From the NCBI GenBank assembly GCA_964499705.1, contig CAZCME010000028.1, positions 1 through 47,851 of the forward strand: 47,851 nucleotides of DNA, given 5' to 3'. Origin of the DNA: an uncultured bacterium. Lineage in GTDB: Bacteria; UBA8481. Numbering within the stretch: position 1 is the first letter of the stretch; each line of letters starts with the position of its first letter. Positions 20,766 through 29,392 of this stretch are shown here, in pieces. Both the position numbers and the translations under genes were made by a program. The notes beneath the pieces were generated by a model, which ran no database searches, had not been told where the DNA came from, and was given only the letters and a program-made list of their open reading frames with translations.

Positions 20766-21953
20766 ATGGCTGAGATTTTGAAGAACAGGATGATGACCCC
20801 CGGACCGTGCGACGTGCCCGGCGAAGTGCTTCTCGCGGAGGCGACGCCGCAGATTCATCATCGCACACCCCAGTTTCAGAAGGTGTACGAGGAAGTGCAC
20901 ACGCTCATCAAGCTCGTCTTTAAGACCTCGCGACCCGTCTTCTCCTTCTGCGCCAGCGGCACGGGCGCGATGGAGGCCGCGGTCGCCAATCTCACGACGC
21001 CGGGCTCGAAGCCGATCGTCATTGACGGAGGATGGTTCGGCAAAAGGTGGAACGACATCTGCAAAGCCTACGGCCTGGCTGCCGATGTCATGACCGTGGA
21101 GTGGGGCGTTTCCGTTTCGCCGTCGGATCTCGAGGCGCGCCTGGCGGCCAATCCCGATTGCCCCGCCGTTTTCGTCCAGTTGTCGGAGACGTCGACCGGC
21201 GGCGTTCATGACGTGAAAGCTCTGCAGGAAGTGGTCTCGAAGACCAATGCCGTCCTCGTCGTCGACGCCATCTCGGGACTCGCCGCCATGCCGTGCGAGA
21301 CGGACCTGTGGAAGCTCGATTGCGTCCTTACGGGTTCCCAGAAATCGCTGATGATTCCGCCGGGACTGGCTTACCTGACCTGCGGCGAGAGATGCTGGCC
21401 GAAAGTCGAGGCCTCAAAGCATCCGCGCTTCTACTTCGACCTCCGGAAATCGAAGTCCGGCATCGAGAAGATGGATCATCCGTTCACGCCTCCGACATCG
21501 CTCCTGTGGGGCCAGTTGAAGGCCCTGCAGATTCTCGAGAAGGAAGGGATCGACAATACGGTCGCCCGCCATGCGCGCCTGGCGGACGCGACGCGCGCCG
21601 CCGTGAAGGGAATGGGGCTCCAGCTCTTCGCGAAGAATCCCGGCAATGTCCTGACGTCCGTCGTGATGCCCGACGGCCATGATTCCGGCAAGCTCGTGAA
21701 GAAATGCCGCGATGAATATGGAGTGACTCTCGCGGGAGCCCAGGGCCCTTACAAGGGCAAGTTCTTTCGGATCGGCCATCTCGGTTACGTCGATGATAAC
21801 GACGTCATCTCGGCGGTCGCGGCCGTGGAGCGGGTCATGAACGAGATGGGGATCAAGATTGCCTTCGGTTCCGGCGTGGGTCCGGCGCAGGAAGTTCTGC
21901 ACAAGGCGAGGATGGCGCGGGCAGGCGCGCCTGGGATGGGCACAAAGTCGTGA
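20766..21953 (+). CDS. Class V PLP aminotransferase (alanine-glyoxylate/serine-pyruvate family, likely phosphoserine aminotransferase role)
   Basis: MTPGP, HHRTP.F, SGTGAME, ETSTG, VDAIS, GSQK (PLP lysine), FRIGHLG; RBS GAAAGGA; coupled to serA. Confidence 0.92.
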   Translation: MAEILKNRMMTPGPCDVPGEVLLAEATPQIHHRTPQFQKVYEEVHTLIKLVFKTSRPVFSFCASGTGAMEAAVANLTTPGSKPIVIDGGWFGKRWNDICKAYGLAADVMTVEWGVSVSPSDLEARLAANPDCPAVFVQLSETSTGGVHDVKALQEVVSKTNAVLVVDAISGLAAMPCETDLWKLDCVLTGSQKSLMIPPGLAYLTCGERCWPKVEASKHPRFYFDLRKSKSGIEKMDHPFTPPTSLLWGQLKALQILEKEGIDNTVARHARLADATRAAVKGMGLQLFAKNPGNVLTSVVMPDGHDSGKLVKKCRDEYGVTLAGAQGPYKGKFFRIGHLGYVDDNDVISAVAAVERVMNEMGIKIAFGSGVGPAQEVLHKARMARAGAPGMGTKS

Positions 21954-22888
21954 CCGCCAGGATTCTCGTTTCGGACAAACTCTCAACAGACGGTCTTGCC
22001 GTTCTCGACGCGGCCAAGTCCGTCCTATCGTACGACAACAAGACCGGTCTCTCGGCGGATGATCTGAAGAAGATCATCGGCGAGTACGACGGCATCATCA
22101 TCCGATCGGCGACGAAATTGACGAAAGATATTCTTTCCGCCGCGACGAAGTTGAAGGTCGTCGCGCGAGCCGGCGTCGGCGTCGACAACGTCGATCTCGC
22201 GTATGCGAAGGAAAAAGGCATCGCCGTCATGAACACGCCGGGCGGTTCGACATCCGCCGTGGCGGAACTGGCATTGGCGATGATGCTGGGCATGGCCAGG
22301 CGCCTCACCGAGGCCGACGGGTCGATGAAGGCGGGAAAATGGGAGAAGAAGACGATGGAGGGCGTGCAGCTTGCCGGCAAGACGCTCGGCATCATCGGCA
22401 TGGGCCGGATCGGCCGGAAGCTCGCCCAGTATTGCCGCGCGCTCGGCATGACGACGATCGGATATGATCCGATCGTGACGGCCGACGCGGAAGGGCTCAC
22501 CCGCGTCTCGCTCGATAACGTCCTGCGGATGTCCGATTACATCTCCCTTCATGTGCCCCTGACTCCGGAAACGAAGCACGTCGTCAACGACGCGGCCATT
22601 GCGAAGATGAAAAAGGGCGTCCGGATTCTCAACTGCGCCCGGGGCGGCGTGATCGACGAAGCCGCCCTCGCGCGCGCGCTCGATTCGGGCCAGGTTGCCG
22701 GCGCCGGACTGGATGTCTTCGAGGCAGAGCCTCCCGCGGCGGGATCGGTCGCGACGCATCCGAAGGTGATCGCGACGCCGCATATCGGAGCCGCGACCGC
22801 GGAAGCGCAGTCTTCGGTATCGTCGGAGGCGGCGGAGATCATCGTCCATTATGTGAAGACGGGCGAGATCATGAACAGGGTGGCGTAG
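21950..22888 (+). CDS. serA: D-3-phosphoglycerate dehydrogenase, short form without ACT domain
   Basis: IRSATK, RAGVGVDNVD, GKTLGIIGMGRIG, NCARGG, DVFEAEP, TPHIGAAT; GTG overlaps the upstream stop. Confidence 0.85.
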   Translation: MTARILVSDKLSTDGLAVLDAAKSVLSYDNKTGLSADDLKKIIGEYDGIIIRSATKLTKDILSAATKLKVVARAGVGVDNVDLAYAKEKGIAVMNTPGGSTSAVAELALAMMLGMARRLTEADGSMKAGKWEKKTMEGVQLAGKTLGIIGMGRIGRKLAQYCRALGMTTIGYDPIVTADAEGLTRVSLDNVLRMSDYISLHVPLTPETKHVVNDAAIAKMKKGVRILNCARGGVIDEAALARALDSGQVAGAGLDVFEAEPPAAGSVATHPKVIATPHIGAATAEAQSSVSSEAAEIIVHYVKTGEIMNRVA

Positions 22889-22902
22889 AGATAAGCGACT
22901 CG

Positions 22903-22939
22903 ATTTCACATTTCACATTGCACAATTCGGATTTATGAT
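22903..22939 (+). promoter_or_regulatory. Putative promoter for hisZ-GT2 (TTCACA-16-TATGAT) overlapping three ATT(T/G)CAC heptamers
   Basis: ATTTCAC ATTTCAC ATTGCAC at 22903-22923; TATGAT at 22934. Confidence 0.35.
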
Positions 22940-22978
22940 GGTTCGCATGGCCGGTAGATCAGTCAGCGGAATTCGTCG

Positions 22979-23923
22979 TTGCGCACGTCCTGTGCGGCTA
23001 TCGTGACCTCTTCATCCCAGCTTCCCTGGGGCACGACCGCATGGCTTCCTGAGGATTGCGATCGGTTGCGCGCCTGCGAGGAGAAACTGCGGGCGCTTTT
23101 TCGAGACGCGGGAGCCGGCGAGATCGCGACTCCCGCGTTCGAGTATGCCGGTACACTGGAACGCGGCTTCGGTCATCCGGAGAAGTTCTTCCGCCTGCTC
23201 GACAGCGACGGCTCCATTCTCGCGTTGCGCCCGGAATTGACGACTCCGGCGGCGCGGCTCTACGCAACGGCTCTCGCGGATCGTCCTCTTCCCCTGAGAA
23301 TCTATTATCTCGGGCAGGTTTACCGCCAGGAACCGAAGCACAAGGGGCTGTTCCGCGAATTTCGCCAAGCGGGTTACGAGTGCTATGGCGGAGACCAGGT
23401 CGAGGAGGACGTGCGCGCCGTGATGCTGGCATCGCAGGCGCTTTCCCGCCTCGGATTCGACGAAGCGCTTTTTGAAATCGGACATGTCGGCATCGTGGAC
23501 GGTCTCCTCGATGCATTGGCGCCGCCGCCGGCCACGCGGTCGGCCTGGAAAGACGCGCTGGCACGGAAGGATATTCCCGCGCTGCGTGAATTGAAGGCTC
23601 CTGACGAATTGCTGAACCTTCTGCGCGCAACCTGCGGCCAGGAGATTCGAGCTCTCTCGCGGAATCCCGCGGTGTCCGCCGCCGTCGATCAGCTCGAGAC
23701 CATCTCCTCCCGACTGTCCTCGCTGCCGCATCGCGTGGTCACCGAGCCCGCCGCGATCCGTCATCTCGACTATTACACGGGCCTTGTTTTCGACGGGCTT
23801 CTGCCACGTTCCAGCCGCCCCGTGCTTTCAGGCGGCCGATATGACCGGCTCGTGGAGCAATTCGGCTCGCCGGCGGCGGCGACGGGATTTTCGCTGGAAC
23901 TCGAACATCTTCTCCGGAGATGA
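22979..23923 (+). CDS. hisZ: ATP phosphoribosyltransferase regulatory subunit (HisRS-like, no anticodon-binding domain)
   Basis: LPWGT, TPAFEY, LALRPELT, REFRQAG.E, YYTGLVF, GGRYDRL, ATGFS; start may be GTG 23003. Confidence 0.88.
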   Translation: MRTSCAAIVTSSSQLPWGTTAWLPEDCDRLRACEEKLRALFRDAGAGEIATPAFEYAGTLERGFGHPEKFFRLLDSDGSILALRPELTTPAARLYATALADRPLPLRIYYLGQVYRQEPKHKGLFREFRQAGYECYGGDQVEEDVRAVMLASQALSRLGFDEALFEIGHVGIVDGLLDALAPPPATRSAWKDALARKDIPALRELKAPDELLNLLRATCGQEIRALSRNPAVSAAVDQLETISSRLSSLPHRVVTEPAAIRHLDYYTGLVFDGLLPRSSRPVLSGGRYDRLVEQFGSPAAATGFSLELEHLLRR

Positions 23924-25032
23924 CCCGGGACGATCGGTTCCGCCCTCTCGTCTCGATCATCACGCCTGTCCGTAATCGCGCTCGTTTCTTAAAGCAAGCC
24001 GTCGACAGCGTCCTGGAACAGGATTATCCGCATGTGGAGCACGTTGTCGTCGACGGGGCCTCCACCGATGGAACGACGGATCTGCTTCGTGATTATTCCG
24101 CGCGATTTCCGGACAGGGTCCGCTTCATCTCGGAGCCCGATCATGGAGCCTGCGACGCGTGGAACAAGGGGTGGAGCCTCGCGCGGGGGGACATCTTCGG
24201 ATGGCTGGGGGCGGATGACTTCCTGGAGCCGGGAGCGATCAACACCGTGGTCTCGCATTTCCGCAAACTTCCCCATGCGCATTTCATCTACGGGGAATGC
24301 TCCATTGCCGACGAAACGGGCCGCGTCATCGGCCGATATGCCACATCGGACTATGACAGGGCCAGGTATGTCAATGCCGCGAACGGCATTGCGGCGATGG
24401 CGGCGTTCTACACGCGGCAACTCGTGGAAACCGTCGGACCGCTCGATACGACCATGAATCTCTGCGACTGCGATTACTGGATCCGTGCTGCGGAAAAATT
24501 CCGACTTCATCGGATTCCGGAAGTCCTGGCGAATTTCCGCTATCACGATATCAGCGTGACGCGAAACCTGCAGGGGAGCACCTACCTGAGCGAGCAATTC
24601 ACGCTGAATCGACGCTACGGAGGAAGCCTCTTCTCTCCCGTCGGCAGGCGCTATCTGCGATATCTGTGGACGAAGGTGCCGGGAGCGAACTGGCTGGCCC
24701 GGGCGATTCGATCCCGGAATGACGCGGCGGATTCCTTCTCGCGAGTGGCCATCTTCGGCGCGGCTCTCAGCGGCAGGAACTGCCTTGAGACTCTCCTGGA
24801 ACGCGGCATCGACGTGATTTATTTCATCGACAACGCGCCACCTCCCGGAGGCCTCTTCATGGACAGGCGGGTCGTGACCCCCGCCGAAGCCGACTGGACG
24901 ACCATAGATGCCGTCTACATAGCCTCGTCCGGGCGAAGCGCCGAGATGATCCGCGAGCTGAAGCAGAAGAAATACACGGGTCCGGCCATAATCTGGAATA
25001 CAGAGCCTACGCGAATCAGTTCCACTCCCTGA
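23920..25032 (+). CDS. Glycosyltransferase family 2 with C-terminal Rossmann-like domain
   Basis: VSIITPVRN, VVDGASTDGT, SEPD.G..DAWNKG, WLGADD; C-terminal AIFGA..FIDN. Confidence 0.9.
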   Translation: MTRDDRFRPLVSIITPVRNRARFLKQAVDSVLEQDYPHVEHVVVDGASTDGTTDLLRDYSARFPDRVRFISEPDHGACDAWNKGWSLARGDIFGWLGADDFLEPGAINTVVSHFRKLPHAHFIYGECSIADETGRVIGRYATSDYDRARYVNAANGIAAMAAFYTRQLVETVGPLDTTMNLCDCDYWIRAAEKFRLHRIPEVLANFRYHDISVTRNLQGSTYLSEQFTLNRRYGGSLFSPVGRRYLRYLWTKVPGANWLARAIRSRNDAADSFSRVAIFGAALSGRNCLETLLERGIDVIYFIDNAPPPGGLFMDRRVVTPAEADWTTIDAVYIASSGRSAEMIRELKQKKYTGPAIIWNTEPTRISSTP

Positions 25033-25125
25033 TCGCGCGATGCGCGGGACCTTCGCTCCGCGGTAAGCTCCCTTCGCGCGGAATTCCTTCCGCTGAATTC
25101 CGAGAAATAATCGCACGAGGATCCG

Positions 25126-25869
25126 TCAGGCGGACGAGCGGGCGATGAGATCGTTCAAGCCCTCGGCAACGGCGGTCGGATTCTCGACAGGAGTCATATG
25201 TCCGGCCGCGGCAATCTCGGTGATGGCGCCGTGCCGGGCGAACCGGGCGAATTCGCGCGCGCGCGTCACGGGGATGATCTTGTCCTCCTTGCCGTGAATG
25301 ACGTGGACGGGAATGTCGATCCGCTTCAGAAGGCCGGAAAGGTCGCGCCTGTTCGCCATGGCTTCCAGGGCCCAGCAGAGCCCGTCGACGCCGGAACGTG
25401 CGGCGCCCTGGATGATGTGCGCGAGAAGCTCCGGACGCGATTCGCTGATGGATGCGAAGGCGCGCGGGATCATCGATGTCGCCGCAACCTCGGCTCCCTC
25501 GCCGCGTATTCTCCGGATCATGGCCATGCGGAGGCGGCGCGCTTCGCCCGAATCCTTGAAGGGATGCGAGCTGACGATCCCGAGGCCCGCGACGCGAGCG
25601 GGATGGCGCTCCGCCAGCGAGAGCGCGACATAGCCTCCCATCGACATCCCGGCGACGACCGCCCGATCGATATTCTGTTCGGACAGAAGTCGATCCATGA
25701 CGTCGGCAAGCATATCGATCGAGGGCTCGCCGGGAGAAACGGGTGCGCCGCCGAAACCGGGCAGATCCGGAGCGAGTATCCGCACTCCGGGCGCCATCTT
25801 CGATATGACATCATTCCACAAGGTATGATCGAGGGGATATCCGTGAATCAGCAGGAGAGTTTTCGTCAT
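25126..25869 (-). CDS. Alpha/beta-fold hydrolase
   Basis: LIHGYP, PDLPGFG, GMSMGG nucleophile elbow, HGKED, AGHMTPVENP. Confidence 0.92.
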   Translation of the reverse strand: MTKTLLLIHGYPLDHTLWNDVISKMAPGVRILAPDLPGFGGAPVSPGEPSIDMLADVMDRLLSEQNIDRAVVAGMSMGGYVALSLAERHPARVAGLGIVSSHPFKDSGEARRLRMAMIRRIRGEGAEVAATSMIPRAFASISESRPELLAHIIQGAARSGVDGLCWALEAMANRRDLSGLLKRIDIPVHVIHGKEDKIIPVTRAREFARFARHGAITEIAAAGHMTPVENPTAVAEGLNDLIARSSA

Positions 25870-25873
25870 GTCA

Positions 25874-27601
25874 TCACCCCTTCAGTTCCAGTGACTCGAT
25901 CTTCCTGATTCCGATCCGCCACGGCAGAATTATAGCACAGAGGCTTGTCGCCAGCATGATGAGCGGCGGCAGGAGACTGACACCGTCTCCGGTATAGCGC
26001 CGGATGAAATGATCCAGGAGCCCGGACGCGAGCGCGAAGACTGTGACGCCCACATAGGCGATTCCCGCGCCCATGTACAGGATTCCTTCCGGGCTCATCC
26101 CGATCTGCGCGGGATCCTGGAGATCGAAGCGCGGGGAGAAGGCGCCGAGGCCGACCGCCATGATGGAGAGAGAGATCGTCATGAGGAGAACGGTCAGAGC
26201 GGCGCTCACGGCGAAAGCGGCGGAGACGCCGATGGCGTGGTTGGCGAGGAGCGTGATGATTTCGGCCAGCAGGAGGAGCGGCGGCGCCGCGACGAGAACC
26301 TTGGCGAGCATCAGCCTGCGGATTGGGAAGGGCGACGAGCGGATCAGCCAGATCGTGCGGCCTTCCAGGGCGATGGCGGAAAAGACGAACCGGTTCGCGA
26401 CGGCGACGAGAACGAAGCCGGCCATCCCGAGATTCAGGAAACTGATGACGTCGCGAAGAAAGATTGTCGTGATCTCCCCCTGGAACTGGCGGAAGTTGAA
26501 GACGTAGATGACGATGAGGGCGAGAAGGATGATGAGCTGGGACCATTGCGTCGGATCGCGCCAGAACAGGCGCAGATCCTTCCTGATGATGAGCGAAGTT
26601 TCGCGCGGCATGAGGGAGGCGATGACATCGGCGGGATGGGGGCGCAGAACCTTGACGGCGGCGGGACGTTCCGAGGCGACGCGATCGAAACCCGCGCGAT
26701 GAAAGAGCGCGGCCGCGGCCTGCGCGAGCGCGAATGCCGCGGCGGCGAAGAGGAGCAGCTTGCCGGCGGCGGCGCTATCCATCAGGACGATCGCCTCCGC
26801 GGCCCATCCTGACGGGAGCCAGGGCGAAGCGGGTTCGGCGATGGCGGCGAGCGTCACTCCGAGATTGGGATCGATGCGCGGCCGGAGGAAGCGCTCGGGC
26901 GTCATCCACCGGAGACCGACGATCGTCATCGAGAGCGCGACGACCGAGAGAATCATGAGAACGCTCTTGGCCTGCCGCGCCGGGATGAAGCGGACGATGA
27001 CGATCGCGGCGGAGACGCCCAGCATGACGGGAGCGATCGTGAAGAGAGCAGTGACGCCGATCGCGGCGATGAACCGCAGGGGCATGGAGGAAGGTTCATC
27101 GGCGGCGACCGCCCAACCGAGCAGAAGCGGCGCTGCCGCGAAGACGACGAACCAGGCCGAGCGGATATGGCAGAGGATGGAACGGGCGAGCATGAGCCCG
27201 ACCCGCGACAGAGGCGTCGTGACGAGAAAGGAGATTTCGCCGTCGAGGTAGAAGACGGAGAGCGTCACGGAGAGGGAAGAGATGAGGAGCATGACGAAGA
27301 AGAGCAGGTGCGCCATCTCCATCAGGCGGATCGTCAGCGGAAGTCCGAGCTCCGGCGTCATCGTGAGATGATGAAGAATGTGATCGAAGGCGCGTCGCGA
27401 ACCGGAGAAGATGAGGAGGACAACGAGAATTCCAATGAGAAAAAGCATCAGGCGGAATCGCTTCGCTTCCGGCTCCGCGAGCACGAAGCGATTTCGGATC
27501 GCGCGGTATTCCGCCTTCAGGAGCGCCCCGAGAGGGCTTGTTCCTCCGGGATTCGTTTTCGCGGCTCCGGTTTCCCTGGGATCGTGACCCGGGGAAATCA
27601 C
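25874..27601 (-). CDS. Putative ABC-2 type exporter permease (multi-TM)
   Basis: Many hydrophobic segments; KDLRLFWRDPTQWSQ, LEGRTIWLIRSSP; likely start GTG 27601 overlapping the ATPase stop. Confidence 0.85.
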   Translation of the reverse strand: MISPGHDPRETGAAKTNPGGTSPLGALLKAEYRAIRNRFVLAEPEAKRFRLMLFLIGILVVLLIFSGSRRAFDHILHHLTMTPELGLPLTIRLMEMAHLLFFVMLLISSLSVTLSVFYLDGEISFLVTTPLSRVGLMLARSILCHIRSAWFVVFAAAPLLLGWAVAADEPSSMPLRFIAAIGVTALFTIAPVMLGVSAAIVIVRFIPARQAKSVLMILSVVALSMTIVGLRWMTPERFLRPRIDPNLGVTLAAIAEPASPWLPSGWAAEAIVLMDSAAAGKLLLFAAAAFALAQAAAALFHRAGFDRVASERPAAVKVLRPHPADVIASLMPRETSLIIRKDLRLFWRDPTQWSQLIILLALIVIYVFNFRQFQGEITTIFLRDVISFLNLGMAGFVLVAVANRFVFSAIALEGRTIWLIRSSPFPIRRLMLAKVLVAAPPLLLLAEIITLLANHAIGVSAAFAVSAALTVLLMTISLSIMAVGLGAFSPRFDLQDPAQIGMSPEGILYMGAGIAYVGVTVFALASGLLDHFIRRYTGDGVSLLPPLIMLATSLCAIILPWRIGIRKIESLELKG

Positions 27602-28443
27602 TTCAAACCTTCCGCCGCGGTTTTCTCGTCGGCCGTCTCCGTCAAGCGGAGAAAGAGATCCTCCAGTCGCTCCGCGCTTTTTCCCGTCGCGTGCGTATGG
27701 CGCAGGGCATCGACCGTGCCGAGCGCGATGAGCCGGCCCTGGTCGATGATCGCGACGCGGTCGCACATCCGCTCGGCGATATCGAGCGTGTGCGTCGAGA
27801 AAAGAATGGCGGCACCCCGGTCGGCTTCCTCCCGGAGCACATCGCGCATGAGTCGCGCCGCGCGCGGATCGAGGCCGCTCATGGGTTCGTCGAGAATCCA
27901 GACGTCCGGCCTGTGGATGATCCCCGCGATGAGCAGAGCCTTCTGCCGCATCCCCTGGGAGAAGGAACCGAGGAGATGATGCCGGACATCGAAGAGCCCG
28001 AACCGCGTGAGTTCCGCCTCCGCCCGGGCCTGCCACGGACCGTTCGAATCGAGCCCCCAGAGCCCCGCAACGAAGGAAAGATATTCCCAGGCGGTGAGGA
28101 GTTCATATAGGTGAGGCTTGTCCGGAACATAGGCGACGCGCTGTTTCACCGCGTCCGGGCATTTCGTGATGTCGTCGCCGCCGATGAGGATCTGGCCGGG
28201 CGTGGGCCGCAGGAGGCCGACGAGCGCCTTGATCGTCGTCGTTTTTCCGGCGCCGTTGGGTCCCAGGAGTCCCACGATTTCGCCTGATTTCACGGCAAGC
28301 GACAGGTCGCGCACCGCGTCATGCTCGGCATAGGAGAAACTGAACTCCCTGATTTCGACGACGACGCGCGCGTCCGAGACGCTCGAGCCCGCGACGCCGG
28401 CATTGTTGTCATGTTTCGTTGCGCCCGGAGAAGAATTCGACAT
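27598..28443 (-). CDS. ABC transporter ATP-binding protein
   Basis: Walker A GPNGAGKTT, signature FSQGMRQK, Walker B ILDEP.SGLDP, STH switch; likely start ATG 28443. Confidence 0.93.
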   Translation of the reverse strand: MSNSSPGATKHDNNAGVAGSSVSDARVVVEIREFSFSYAEHDAVRDLSLAVKSGEIVGLLGPNGAGKTTTIKALVGLLRPTPGQILIGGDDITKCPDAVKQRVAYVPDKPHLYELLTAWEYLSFVAGLWGLDSNGPWQARAEAELTRFGLFDVRHHLLGSFSQGMRQKALLIAGIIHRPDVWILDEPMSGLDPRAARLMRDVLREEADRGAAILFSTHTLDIAERMCDRVAIIDQGRLIALGTVDALRHTHATGKSAERLEDLFLRLTETADEKTAAEGLK

Positions 28444-28471
28444 AATGCAAGTATAGGAGTTTTCAAACTGC

Positions 28472-29116
28472 ATGGGTTCCGATTTAACAGGCAAGACGCA
28501 GGAGTCACTGGCGAGGGCTCAGCTTCGCTCCTCCAACGTGACGCTGTTTCACGACATGATGGTCACGAAGTGGCACGTGGAAACGCCTGTCGCGGGATCC
28601 GGCGATATCCTGCGCGTCATCGAGGAACAGCATCTCCGGAACTTTCTCCTTTGGCACACGGAGGACGAAGCCAGGCGGCGGGACGTACCGGATTCCTTCA
28701 TCGCGGAACAGAAACGGAAGATCGACAGGTTCAACCAGGAGCGGCAGGACTATATCGAACGGATCGACGAGACGATCATCCGGTCGTGGCCGTGGGTCGC
28801 CGAAAATGCCGCGCTGCCGATGAACACGGAAACTCCCGGATCCGTCATCGACCGGCTGTCGATCGCGTCCTTGAAGATGTTCCACATGCGGGAAGAGACG
28901 GAGCGGACCGACGCGACCGACGAGCATCGCAGGAAGTGCATGGAGAAACTGGAGATCCTCCGGCGCCAGCGCGGCGACCTTGCCGCAGCCCTCGATCAGC
29001 TCCTCGACGATCTCCACGACCGCCGGAAAAGGCTCCAGGTCTACCGCCAGTTCAAGATGTACAACGATCCGACCCTGAATCCGGCGGTGTATAAAAACAG
29101 GGAGCGACAGGCCTGA
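28472..29116 (+). CDS. DUF4254 domain-containing protein
   Basis: WHTEDEAR, KRKIDRFNQERQD, NTETPGSVIDRLSI..LK.FHM, YRQFKMYNDP.LNP. Confidence 0.85.
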   Translation: MGSDLTGKTQESLARAQLRSSNVTLFHDMMVTKWHVETPVAGSGDILRVIEEQHLRNFLLWHTEDEARRRDVPDSFIAEQKRKIDRFNQERQDYIERIDETIIRSWPWVAENAALPMNTETPGSVIDRLSIASLKMFHMREETERTDATDEHRRKCMEKLEILRRQRGDLAAALDQLLDDLHDRRKRLQVYRQFKMYNDPTLNPAVYKNRERQA

Positions 29117-29176
29117 CCCCTGCCGCTCCCGGGGTGTGAAATCAGCTCGGCTTAGAAAAGCTTCCGATACTCCGCA
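29061..29176 (+). repeat. Left copy of ~115-bp direct repeat (3' end of DUF4254 gene + hairpin + 3' end of msrAB)
   Basis: acaacgatccgaccctgaatcc...gatactccgca; matches 34087-34201 with three differences. Confidence 0.95.
29100..29130. terminator. GC-rich hairpin between convergent gene ends (second copy 34125-34155)
   Basis: GGGAGCGACAGG..CCTGCCGCTCCC stem with an adjacent A-run that is a U-rich tail on the minus strand. Confidence 0.55.
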
Positions 29177-29203
29177 CTTATTACTATGGGAGCACAAGGT
29201 CTA

Positions 29204-29346
29204 TACATTTCAAGATGTCCATTCTCGCGACCTGCATCCTGAAGATAACTCCGGCCGGCGACGTGGTGTATAAGGCGGAGCATGGCGAGTGGAAGAAGTT
29301 TACGGGCTGGAGCTCGACGACACTATTTGATCCGCGTCCGCATTGA
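29204..29346 (+). pseudogene. Probable IS91-family (Y2 rolling-circle) transposase remnant
   Basis: YISRCPFS (29204-29227) then, after a frameshift, ILKITPAGDVVYKAEHGEW; resembles the YxxRxPFS..(V/I)YK region of IS91 transposases from recall, not from a search. Confidence 0.45.
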
Positions 29347-29392
29347 TCTCAATTACCGTAAGATGATCTTTCCGTTTCGGAGCTGATAGACC

